A DNA stretch of 51,347 nt from Deltaproteobacteria bacterium (lineage in GTDB: Bacteria > Desulfobacterota > Desulfomonilia > UBA1062), in NCBI GenBank assembly GCA_016929755.1, contig JAFGIF010000260.1:1-51347 (forward strand), in the 5' to 3' direction. This document shows positions 1 to 7,675 of this stretch, piece by piece. How positions within the stretch are numbered: position 1 is the first letter of the stretch; each line of letters begins with the position of its first letter. Position numbers and translations under genes: made by a program. The notes under the pieces were generated by a model. That model did no database searches. It saw nothing but the letters and a program-made list of their open reading frames with translations, and was not told where the DNA came from.

Positions 1-219
1 GGCGGAGACCAATTCTATGAGGAAGACAACAGCGATATTTACGATGACTGCTCCGGCGGTTACGACCCGCATACCAACGTCGATATTATCCTGGGATATA
101 AATTTAGCCACTACCAACTGTCACTGAGAGTCAACAACGTCAGCGATAACAAATACTGGGAGGGAACATCCGAAAATCCCGGCCGCACCTTTATGGCGAA
201 GGTAAGTGCCACTTTCTAG
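1..219 (+). CDS. TonB-dependent outer-membrane receptor, C-terminal fragment (5' end outside window)
   Basis: Frame 1 is open from the window edge to TAG at 217-219. The translation ...ILGYKFSHYQLSLRVNNVSDNKYWEGTSENPGRTFMAKVSATF ends in a terminal Phe after alternating hydrophobic residues, the usual last beta-strand of TonB-dependent receptors. It is followed by exbB-exbD-tonB. Confidence 0.6.
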   Translation, partial: GGDQFYEEDNSDIYDDCSGGYDPHTNVDIILGYKFSHYQLSLRVNNVSDNKYWEGTSENPGRTFMAKVSATF

Positions 220-242
220 AATAGTTTTTGTCTTTAAAGCAG

Positions 243-284
243 ACGCCCTGAATTGCATACTTGCAATTCAGGGCGTATTTATTT
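243..284 (+). terminator. Rho-independent terminator downstream of the receptor gene
   Basis: Perfect 15-bp inverted repeat ACGCCCTGAATTGCA (243-257) / TGCAATTCAGGGCGT (262-276) with the 4-nt loop TACT, followed by ATTTATTT (277-284). Confidence 0.8.
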
Positions 285-314
285 AAGCAATACTAAACAC
301 AACAAGGAGTTCGT

Positions 315-872
315 ATGGAATGGCTGGATAAAAGCGGCGTGGTCGGATACATCCTGGCGGGAATCTCGGTTGTTACCCTCGCTGTCTTTCTCGAACGGTT
401 TTTCATGCTGCAACTGGAACGCTACCGGATAAAAAAAGGCGCCGGAATCATGGCAAAGATAAAAATGCTGATCGACGACAATTTCGGAATGAACATATCC
501 CGGCTGGAAGATCTGGTCTCTTTCAGGGCTGAAGAGGAAATCGAACGGATCTCATCCGGGATCGGACTGATCCGGTTGTCTTCCGCGGTCTCACCCCTGC
601 TGGGCCTGCTCGGAACCGTTCTGGGGATGATCGAGTCCTTCAAACAGGTATCCGAAATGGGCGGAAGCGTGAAACCGGCGGTTCTGGCTTCCGGCATCTG
701 GGTGGCACTACTGACGACTGCCGAAGGTCTCGTGATTGCAATAACCGCCTTTTTAATGCACCACTACCTGCAGTTCGTGGTATCCAGGATCGGTAAATAT
801 ATAATTCGCGAGGCGGATAAACAGATCATCGGAGTTCAAAATGATTCGGCTGAATCGCAACCACAAAAATGA
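315..872 (+). CDS. exbB: MotA/TolQ/ExbB proton-channel family protein
   Basis: 185 aa with three hydrophobic segments. The C-terminal half (LLGLLGTVLGMIESF ... GIWVALLTTAEGLVIAI) is typical of ExbB/TolQ. AAGGAG lies 5 nt upstream of the ATG. exbD and tonB follow. Confidence 0.85.
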   Translation: MEWLDKSGVVGYILAGISVVTLAVFLERFFMLQLERYRIKKGAGIMAKIKMLIDDNFGMNISRLEDLVSFRAEEEIERISSGIGLIRLSSAVSPLLGLLGTVLGMIESFKQVSEMGGSVKPAVLASGIWVALLTTAEGLVIAITAFLMHHYLQFVVSRIGKYIIREADKQIIGVQNDSAESQPQK

Positions 873-1233
873 TGCTTCGTCCACAATTGAAATCACCCCG
901 CTGGTGGACGTTGTTTTCCTGCTGCTGATCTTTTTCCTGCTGACGGCGACTTACTTCCATCCTTCCATGGACCTGACACTGCCTGAAGCCGAATCAGCAA
1001 CCCATCAGGAACACGAAGAGCCCATCACCATTGCCATTTCAGAGTATGGCGAGATCGAGATCAACAACGTTAGCGCAACCCTGGAAGACATTGCCCGCAT
1101 TCCAATAAATTCTCCGGTGCTGATCCTGGAAGATAAAACCGGGCCCTATGGGACTTTCATTGAAGTACTCGACACCCTTCGGATCAGTGGAATCGAAAAA
1201 ATATCCATAGTAACCGATGAAAAAACTGAGTAG
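841..1233 (+). CDS. exbD: ExbD/TolR biopolymer transport protein
   Basis: 130 aa with an N-terminal TM segment carrying the IEITPLVDVVFLLLIFFLL motif characteristic of ExbD/TolR. Overlaps exbB by 32 nt. Confidence 0.85.
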   Translation: MIRLNRNHKNDASSTIEITPLVDVVFLLLIFFLLTATYFHPSMDLTLPEAESATHQEHEEPITIAISEYGEIEINNVSATLEDIARIPINSPVLILEDKTGPYGTFIEVLDTLRISGIEKISIVTDEKTE

Positions 1234-1861
1234 AATTATCTTATTCCTGGCGATTTCAATAATCGTTCATATGAGCATCACCCAACTGCTGGAATCTACC
1301 CAAACCAAACAAACGCCCTATCAGAGCGTTGCGGTCTCCATCATTAAAGCGGTCAAACCGGAAGAGGAAATACCCGAACCACCTCCTCCGCCTCCACCTC
1401 CCCCAAAGCCGAAACCCAAGCCTAAGCCGAAACCAAAACCCGAGCCTATCCCGGAACCCGAACCGGAACCAGTCCCACAACCAGAGGTGGTTGAATCACC
1501 ACCTTCTCCTGAGCCCGTCATTATGGCTGAACCTCAGGCAACGCCGCTCCCACAGCCTGCGCAGGTGAATCATGCCAGGTTAAAAAAGGATTACCGATCT
1601 CTGGTGGAATCCATTATCCGTAATAATATCTATTATCCTCAAAGCGCCCGCAGACGCAATATTCAAGGTACGGTCGAAGTCCTGTTCACTATTAACGAGC
1701 ACGGAGAAATCTCGGATATCAAGATCACCAGATCATCGGGAAGCTCTCTTCTTGACAAGGCCGCTATCTATACCCTTAAAAAATGCACCTTCCCTCCGCC
1801 TCCGTCCGATCCGATGGAATATCCGATACCGATAACATACAAACTGATGGAGGCATCTTGA
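1217..1861 (+). CDS. tonB: Energy transducer TonB
   Basis: 214 aa with an N-terminal membrane anchor and a Pro-rich spacer PPPPPPPPPKPKPKPKPKPKPEPIPEPEPEPVPQPE (about nt 1375-1480). The C-terminal TonB domain reads YPQSARRRNIQGTVEVLFTINEHGEISDIKITRSSGSSLLDKAA. Overlaps exbD by 17 nt. Confidence 0.85.
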   Translation: MKKLSRIILFLAISIIVHMSITQLLESTQTKQTPYQSVAVSIIKAVKPEEEIPEPPPPPPPPPKPKPKPKPKPKPEPIPEPEPEPVPQPEVVESPPSPEPVIMAEPQATPLPQPAQVNHARLKKDYRSLVESIIRNNIYYPQSARRRNIQGTVEVLFTINEHGEISDIKITRSSGSSLLDKAAIYTLKKCTFPPPPSDPMEYPIPITYKLMEAS

Positions 1862-1865
1862 GGAT

Positions 1866-2675
1866 ATGCAGTCTATGATTGAAATCAGCACGTTGGAATT
1901 TTCATATATCAATAAAACCTCGGTATTTACTGATATATCATTTTCACTCCCAGCAGGAAGACTGTGTGCACTTATGGGTGGCAACGGTTCGGGTAAAACA
2001 ACTCTGCTGAAATGCATTGCCGGGCTCCTGGTTCCTTCGCATGGAACCATCTCAATTGCGGGAACCCGGATCAGCAAACTTACGAAACGACAACGTGCCC
2101 GCCGGATGAGTATGGTTCCCCAGGAACATTCAACCGTATTCCCCTACACGGTTGAAAACATGGTGCTGATGGGCAGGGCTCCCTATATCGACGCATTCGC
2201 CATGCCCGGAGAGGATGATCTGTCCGTTGCGTATCAGGCCATGCAGGAAGTCGGCATCGAACATCTGGCCCACAAAATGTACTCTCAGATCAGCGGGGGC
2301 GAACGGCAGCTGGTCCTGATCGCCCGGTCTTTGGCCCAGAACACCCCGATCATGCTCCTGGATGAACCTACCAGCCACCTCGACTATCGCAACCAGATTC
2401 TGACCATGTCAATCGTCAGACGCCTGGTCAAGGAAAAGGGCTTTCTGGCTCTGATCGCCACTCACGATCCTAACCATGCCCTGTTCTTTGCCGATACGGT
2501 AATCATCCTGCACCAGGGGCGTATCCTGAGAAACGGTCCATCCGGAGAGGTGATAAATCGCGACAATATCAGCACGGTCTACGGCATTGAAGTACAGGAA
2601 ATCCGGGATCATGATAAAATCAGATGGATCATGCCGGATGTGGAAATCCTCAATCACAGGAGAGATCCGCAATGA
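1866..2675 (+). CDS. ABC transporter ATP-binding protein (FepC/FecE/BtuD type)
   Basis: Walker A GGNGSGKTT, ABC signature ISGGERQ and Walker B IMLLDEPTSHLD. The start could instead be the ATG at 1875. Confidence 0.9.
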   Translation: MQSMIEISTLEFSYINKTSVFTDISFSLPAGRLCALMGGNGSGKTTLLKCIAGLLVPSHGTISIAGTRISKLTKRQRARRMSMVPQEHSTVFPYTVENMVLMGRAPYIDAFAMPGEDDLSVAYQAMQEVGIEHLAHKMYSQISGGERQLVLIARSLAQNTPIMLLDEPTSHLDYRNQILTMSIVRRLVKEKGFLALIATHDPNHALFFADTVIILHQGRILRNGPSGEVINRDNISTVYGIEVQEIRDHDKIRWIMPDVEILNHRRDPQ

Positions 2676-3703
2676 TTCGAGGCCGACGCTTGTGCATGCT
2701 GATACTCCCAGTGGCGCTGTTTGTGATCCCGGCCTGTCAGCCAGTACAGTCCAAAGGAGAAACCCACGCCACGAGAGTCATAACCGATATGACAGGCAGA
2801 CAGGTACAGATCCCGGGCGAGGTCAGACGGGTTGTTACCGCCATGTACCCCATCGCCACCCAGCTAATGTTCCTGGTGAGTGCCCAGGAGAGCCTTGTGG
2901 GTATATCGGATTATGACATTAACGATGTCATGCTGCGTATCTATCCTCCTATGAAAGACATTTACCGTCCGGCGCGCTCTAATGGCGGGGAAATTTCGGT
3001 TGAAGAAATCATCAAGATGAAGCCGGATGTGGTCTTCTGCCATATGCGCAACGCCCGCGAGCATACCTTGAAAAACCTTGACATCGCCAGGGTGATTCTG
3101 AGACTTGAAAATCCCGAAGCCCTCATGCAGGGTATACTTCTGGTCGGCGACATCATGAACAGAACCGAGCAAGCCTGCAAGGTAGTGCATTACTACCGCT
3201 CGAAACTCGATTATATCAAACGCCGCACCGCCGGAATCAACCCGAAAAAAACAGTCTATTTTGCCGGTCCGGCCAAGCTCAGCACCGCCGGGGGGGACTT
3301 CTTCCAGAATTTTGTGATCGAGTATGCCGGTGGAATAAATGTCGGCCGGGAAGGTCGCGGCGGCTGGTGCTCGATTTCCATCGAACATCTCCTGGCCTGG
3401 AACCCGGACTGCATCTTCATCGGCAACTACGGCACGGCATCCATTGAAAGTTTTACAGGCGATCCCCGGCTCAGAGATATCTCGGCCGTGAAAAAAGGGG
3501 ATGTCTACATGTCGCCATACTACATTGGTTCCTGGGATGTACCCACGCCTGAATCCGTACTGGGTATTATGTGGCTGGCAAACATCCTTTACCCTGAAGC
3601 CGTTGCCTTTGATATGGCCAAAGAGATGAACGAGTTTTATACATTCTGCTACGGGTACACCCCTAAGCACGATGAGATTGCCCGCGTCCTGGGGGAAAAA
3701 TGA
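2672..3703 (+). CDS. ABC transporter periplasmic substrate-binding protein (Fe-siderophore/haem/corrinoid class), probable lipoprotein
   Basis: I chose the ATG at 2672 (ATGA overlap with the ATPase stop) rather than the ORF-track start at 2624. The N-terminus MIRGRRLCMLILPVALFVIPAC looks like a signal peptide ending in Cys. The body resembles the Peripla_BP_2 family and is a paralogue of 6713-7675. Confidence 0.85.
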   Translation: MIRGRRLCMLILPVALFVIPACQPVQSKGETHATRVITDMTGRQVQIPGEVRRVVTAMYPIATQLMFLVSAQESLVGISDYDINDVMLRIYPPMKDIYRPARSNGGEISVEEIIKMKPDVVFCHMRNAREHTLKNLDIARVILRLENPEALMQGILLVGDIMNRTEQACKVVHYYRSKLDYIKRRTAGINPKKTVYFAGPAKLSTAGGDFFQNFVIEYAGGINVGREGRGGWCSISIEHLLAWNPDCIFIGNYGTASIESFTGDPRLRDISAVKKGDVYMSPYYIGSWDVPTPESVLGIMWLANILYPEAVAFDMAKEMNEFYTFCYGYTPKHDEIARVLGEK

Positions 3704-4707
3704 GAAAAGTCCAGCACTACCTTGTCTACCTTATAGTGCTCAATATTTTAATGTTCTGCCTCTCCATGTTTCTGGGCCGGTATCATATTCCCATGGGAGA
3801 GGTTATTAACGCTATTTTCTCACCAATCATAACAAGTGGCTCGGAACCATCACGCATTGTCACAACCGTACTGTTCCATGTGCGCCTGCCAAGAATCCTG
3901 CTGGCAATGCTGATCGGGGCCGGACTTGGAATTACCGGGGCATCCTTCCAGGGCATTTTCAGAAATCCCCTGGTATCGCCCTATATACTGGGGGTCTCCT
4001 CGGGCGGCGGGTTCGGCGCAGCCCTGGCGATTCTGCTCTTTAACAGCCCCATGGCAATACAGATCCTGGCTTTTGTATTCGGCATGCTGGCCGTGGGAAT
4101 TACCTATTTTATCGCCCTTCTCGGGTACCGGATTTCAACCTATACCCTGGTCCTGGCCGGCATTGTAGTCGGATCATTTTTTACCGCCCTCATTTCACTA
4201 TTGAAATATGTGGCCGACATTTACACCAAACTACCGGCCATCGTATTCTGGCTCATGGGTTCCCTGGCAGCGGTGGATATATCCGATATGTTGCGCACAG
4301 GACCAATTATCGCGGTGTGCATAATTGTGCTGATCATGCTCAGGTGGCGCTTCAACATACTCTCTCTTGGCTCTCAGGAGGCCAAAACGCTCGGAATTAA
4401 TACAACGGTACTCTATTTGGTGATCATAACCCTATCCACGGTTATCGCCGCCTCGATCGTTGCCATCGCAGGCATAATCGGCTGGGTCGGTCTGGTGGTC
4501 CCGCACCTGTGCCGCATGATGGTGGGGGCGGATCATGAAAAACTGCTGCCGGCCTCTGCCCTGATGGGTTCGGCCTACATGCTCATGGTGGATGATGTCG
4601 CCCGGACTCTGGTATCACAAGAAATTCCCCTGGGAATCGTAACCGCTATCATTGGTGCACCGTTCTTCGCATATCTGCTGAAACGCCGCCGAGGAGGCAA
4701 ACCATGA
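3700..4707 (+). CDS. ABC transporter permease, FecCD/BtuC family
   Basis: 335 aa and highly hydrophobic. Typical FecCD strings are LPRILLAMLIGAGLGITGASFQGIFRNPLVSPYILGVSSG and GWVGLVVPHLCRMMVGADH. ATGA overlap with the upstream gene. Confidence 0.9.
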   Translation: MRKVQHYLVYLIVLNILMFCLSMFLGRYHIPMGEVINAIFSPIITSGSEPSRIVTTVLFHVRLPRILLAMLIGAGLGITGASFQGIFRNPLVSPYILGVSSGGGFGAALAILLFNSPMAIQILAFVFGMLAVGITYFIALLGYRISTYTLVLAGIVVGSFFTALISLLKYVADIYTKLPAIVFWLMGSLAAVDISDMLRTGPIIAVCIIVLIMLRWRFNILSLGSQEAKTLGINTTVLYLVIITLSTVIAASIVAIAGIIGWVGLVVPHLCRMMVGADHEKLLPASALMGSAYMLMVDDVARTLVSQEIPLGIVTAIIGAPFFAYLLKRRRGGKP

Positions 4708-6716
4708 TTTATCCGCTCTCGACCCTGTATGCCGGATCCGTGGAACAAATCCCGTTCTTCCATTACTACCCAGGGCACAAAGCGCTCATCATCGGCACCT
4801 ACGGCTGTAACCTTGATTGCAAGTACTGCATGAACCAGCATCTGCTCAACGAACCGTCGAACTTCTTCGACCTTGCACCCGCACAGGTCGCTGCAAAGGC
4901 CAAGACAAGCGGGTGCGATCTGATCAGTTTCAGTGCCAATGAACCGGCCGTAAGCTTCGACTATTTCATCGATATCGCCGAGGCCGCCAAAGAGTATGGA
5001 ATTATAACCGGTTGCAGCACAAACGGCCTTTTTAATGACTCCCAACTCGACAAACTCAAAAACAGCATCGCTTTCGCCAATGTAAGCCTCAAGGGACCGT
5101 CCGAACAATTTTACCATGAAATGTGCTCTGCCGGCTCTCCGCAACGGGTGCTTACCACCGTGAACGAATTGCATGCCAACTCTGTCCACGTCGAGGTTAC
5201 CACACCCTATGTGCCCTTGATCACCCCTGACGAAATGTTTTCAATGGCTGAAATGATCGGGAACGTCAGCCCTCACATTCCCTGGCATATCTTCAGGCTG
5301 TTGCCGGAATACAAGCTGACGGACATTGCCCAACCAGGTATCGACGACCTGCTCGAAATGAAAAACCGCGTTCTGAAATACCTTTTGTACATCTACCTGG
5401 AGAATTTCGCCAGTTCGCACTGGGTAGATACCTGCTGCCCGCAATGCGATTCTCTGCTGTTGCAGCGTATCAGCACCCGCGGTTGCGGGGCCCACTTAAT
5501 GAAAATTCAGATAACCGACGGGGCCTGTCCGGTCTGCAGCCGACCCGTGGATATTATCGGCCAAGCCGCGATTGTAGATTTACTCAGTCTGGATGAAGTC
5601 GATCCCCGAACCGGGCTCATTGACGTGGGAGGATGGCAGAGCTACGTTGATATGGGATCCGGGGTTCCCAAAACCGAAGGACAGCAAAGTCCGGCTCGCC
5701 ATATCATTTCAAAACATCCCTATCCCGGAGATATGAATTTCGAGGCCGACCAATGGGTAGTCGATGTAGCCCTCGACATCATCCCCGAGATTAAACCCGA
5801 CCTTATGGTACTGACTTTTTCCCAGCCGTCACTGGTGGGCAGGCATATGCCGGATATAGAAACCTACCGGAGCTTTGTAAACAACACCATATCCGAAGTG
5901 GAACGTTTTATCAGCCAAGCCGCAATGGAGTATCTCATCGTAGGTTTGGGCGATCTGAATGATACCAAGGGCGTCATCAACCTGGAACAACATATCCGGG
6001 GAGCGGCATCGGCTGATGAGGGCATTGCCTGTCTTTACGATTGCACACCCGTAGATGCCGAGCGCGTTAAACAGCTCGAAGGAGTTCAGGCTGTTATAAC
6101 CAGGCAAGAGATGCAAACCCGTCTCGGCCATGCCCTTGATCCGGACATCTTCGGGACATTTTTTGTATTGGCTCACAGCGGTTATCAGTTTCTGGCACTG
6201 TCTTCGAGCAGCAGATATGCCTACCGACAACCGGCCCAGGACACTCGCATACCCGTAATGACATCTCTCGATCGTTCCCCCGGCTCGATCAGGGACATCC
6301 GGGAAATAGCAGGCGAAATCGTAATCAGACAAAAACGCAGACTGGCCCTGATCCTGATCGAAGGCATCGGCTTAAAAACGTTCCCTCTCGATTCACAACC
6401 GGCAGATAATTCAATCAACGGGATTGTCTACAGTTCGACTTTGCTGCAGTACATGGTGATCAGCACCGGTCAGGCGGTGTTTCCGACCTTTTTCGGCTAT
6501 CCCCTCTGGAAAACATCACCATTGGTCAATCCGTTTTCCCGACACACCCCTTTCCTGCAAAGCTGTCTCACCCGGGATATCATTGCAGCAGGCATGAAAT
6601 CCGTGAGTATAGGAAATCGCAGCATTATGACCCACACGGCATTTCCAGCCTCATTGAGCGTCGAATGTCACTGCGCATCCCTGCACAACTACGGTTCTTT
6701 GGAGGTGACTCTATGA
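4704..6716 (+). CDS. Radical SAM enzyme (PflA/AmmeMemoRadiSam-like core plus Cys4 ribbon) fused to an unassigned ~380-aa C-terminal domain
   Basis: CX3CX2C motif GCNLDCKYC (C35/C39/C42, nt 4806-4829). Cys-rich ribbon CCPQC...C...CPVC (residues 244-278, nt 5433-5537). I cannot assign residues ~290-670 to a family. ATGA overlaps on both sides (4704-4707 and 6713-6716). Confidence 0.8.
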   Translation: MIYPLSTLYAGSVEQIPFFHYYPGHKALIIGTYGCNLDCKYCMNQHLLNEPSNFFDLAPAQVAAKAKTSGCDLISFSANEPAVSFDYFIDIAEAAKEYGIITGCSTNGLFNDSQLDKLKNSIAFANVSLKGPSEQFYHEMCSAGSPQRVLTTVNELHANSVHVEVTTPYVPLITPDEMFSMAEMIGNVSPHIPWHIFRLLPEYKLTDIAQPGIDDLLEMKNRVLKYLLYIYLENFASSHWVDTCCPQCDSLLLQRISTRGCGAHLMKIQITDGACPVCSRPVDIIGQAAIVDLLSLDEVDPRTGLIDVGGWQSYVDMGSGVPKTEGQQSPARHIISKHPYPGDMNFEADQWVVDVALDIIPEIKPDLMVLTFSQPSLVGRHMPDIETYRSFVNNTISEVERFISQAAMEYLIVGLGDLNDTKGVINLEQHIRGAASADEGIACLYDCTPVDAERVKQLEGVQAVITRQEMQTRLGHALDPDIFGTFFVLAHSGYQFLALSSSSRYAYRQPAQDTRIPVMTSLDRSPGSIRDIREIAGEIVIRQKRRLALILIEGIGLKTFPLDSQPADNSINGIVYSSTLLQYMVISTGQAVFPTFFGYPLWKTSPLVNPFSRHTPFLQSCLTRDIIAAGMKSVSIGNRSIMTHTAFPASLSVECHCASLHNYGSLEVTL

Positions 6717-7675
6717 AACTTTTGTATCGCATCGGATTTTCAATAGTTTGTTTCATGCTGTTGTATCTGCCTGCCTCACATGCCAGACATATCGTGGACA
6801 TGATGGGCCGCACCGTAGAGGTGCCGGTAAAAATTGAACGGGTCGCATCGCCCTATCGAATCGCAACCGAGATGATCATTACACTCGGAGCTCAGGATAA
6901 ACTGGTGGGAGTCTCCACTGTGCCCGGTGATATCATTAAACATTATTTCCCCGATATAACAAATTTATCCTTAGCCGACAGGCATTCCAGTGTTGAAGAA
7001 TTTCTGCGCATGAAGCCGGACGTGATCTTCACGACCTACTCGCCGGTGGTCGACAAACTGGCACAATCCGGCATCAGTGTATTCTGCATGAAGGTTGAAA
7101 ATCCCGATTCCATGCTTGAAGGGATGCTCATGATCGGTGATGTCCTTAACAAAACAGAACAGGCCCAAAACTTTGCTCGCTATTTCAAAGCCAAACTCGA
7201 TCACATCGAAGCCATGACCAAGGCCATTACACCCAAGAAAGCAGTATATGTTGTCGGACCTAAGATACTTATAACCGTGGGAGGTGACTTTTACCAAAAT
7301 TTTATCGTACAGTATGCTGGCGGAATCAACGTCGCCCGGGATCTCAGGGGAGGGTGGGTACCTGTTTCCCGCGAGCATCTGATCGCCTGGGATCCGGATG
7401 TTTTCATCACCATCGGCTATACGGCCATGGACCCCTCGCAGATTAAAAATGATGCCGGGCTGGCTCCGCTGAAGGCCCTTAAAACCAACGCCATCTACAT
7501 CTTTCCCAGCTATATCGATTCCTGGGATATGCCAACACCGGAATCACTTCTTGCCATCATGTGGCTGGCAAATATTCTGTATCCTGAAAAGGTCAACTTC
7601 GATATGCACAAAGAGGCCCGCGAGTTTTACCTAAAATTCTACGGCAGCTATCCCCAAGAGGTCAGACTCAATTGA
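6713..7675 (+). CDS. Second ABC transporter periplasmic substrate-binding protein (paralogue of 2672-3703)
   Basis: I chose the ATG at 6713 (GGAGGTG upstream, ATGA overlap) rather than 6665. Signal peptide MKLLYRIGFSIVCFMLLYLPASHA. Shares long strings with the first binding protein: GGDF(F/Y)QNF, YAGGINV, RGGW, EHL(L/I)AW(N/D)PD, SWD(V/M)PTPES, MWLANILYPE. Confidence 0.85.
   Translation: MKLLYRIGFSIVCFMLLYLPASHARHIVDMMGRTVEVPVKIERVASPYRIATEMIITLGAQDKLVGVSTVPGDIIKHYFPDITNLSLADRHSSVEEFLRMKPDVIFTTYSPVVDKLAQSGISVFCMKVENPDSMLEGMLMIGDVLNKTEQAQNFARYFKAKLDHIEAMTKAITPKKAVYVVGPKILITVGGDFYQNFIVQYAGGINVARDLRGGWVPVSREHLIAWDPDVFITIGYTAMDPSQIKNDAGLAPLKALKTNAIYIFPSYIDSWDMPTPESLLAIMWLANILYPEKVNFDMHKEAREFYLKFYGSYPQEVRLN

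Noticed and set aside
1375-1480. Repetitive DNA (CCG/AAA/CCC units) in tonB, and the GGC/TTC-rich repeats at about 45190-45290.
   Set aside because: These encode the Pro-Lys/Pro-Glu spacer of TonB and the Gly-Phe tail of the TPM protein. They are coding low-complexity tracts, not CRISPR or intergenic tandem repeats.
2864-3670. Long ORFs antisense to confidently assigned genes. Examples: 2864-3670, 4575-5189, 5829-6332, 7648-8250, 10260-10847, 12615-13232, 17798-18322, 32409-33470, 33467-34348, 38044-38736, 44540-45064, 46134-46925.
   Set aside because: Each is nested opposite a gene with strong family motifs. Their translations are Arg/Gly/Pro/His-rich, low in recognisable motifs and lack plausible SD/start contexts. 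I treat them as shadow ORFs.
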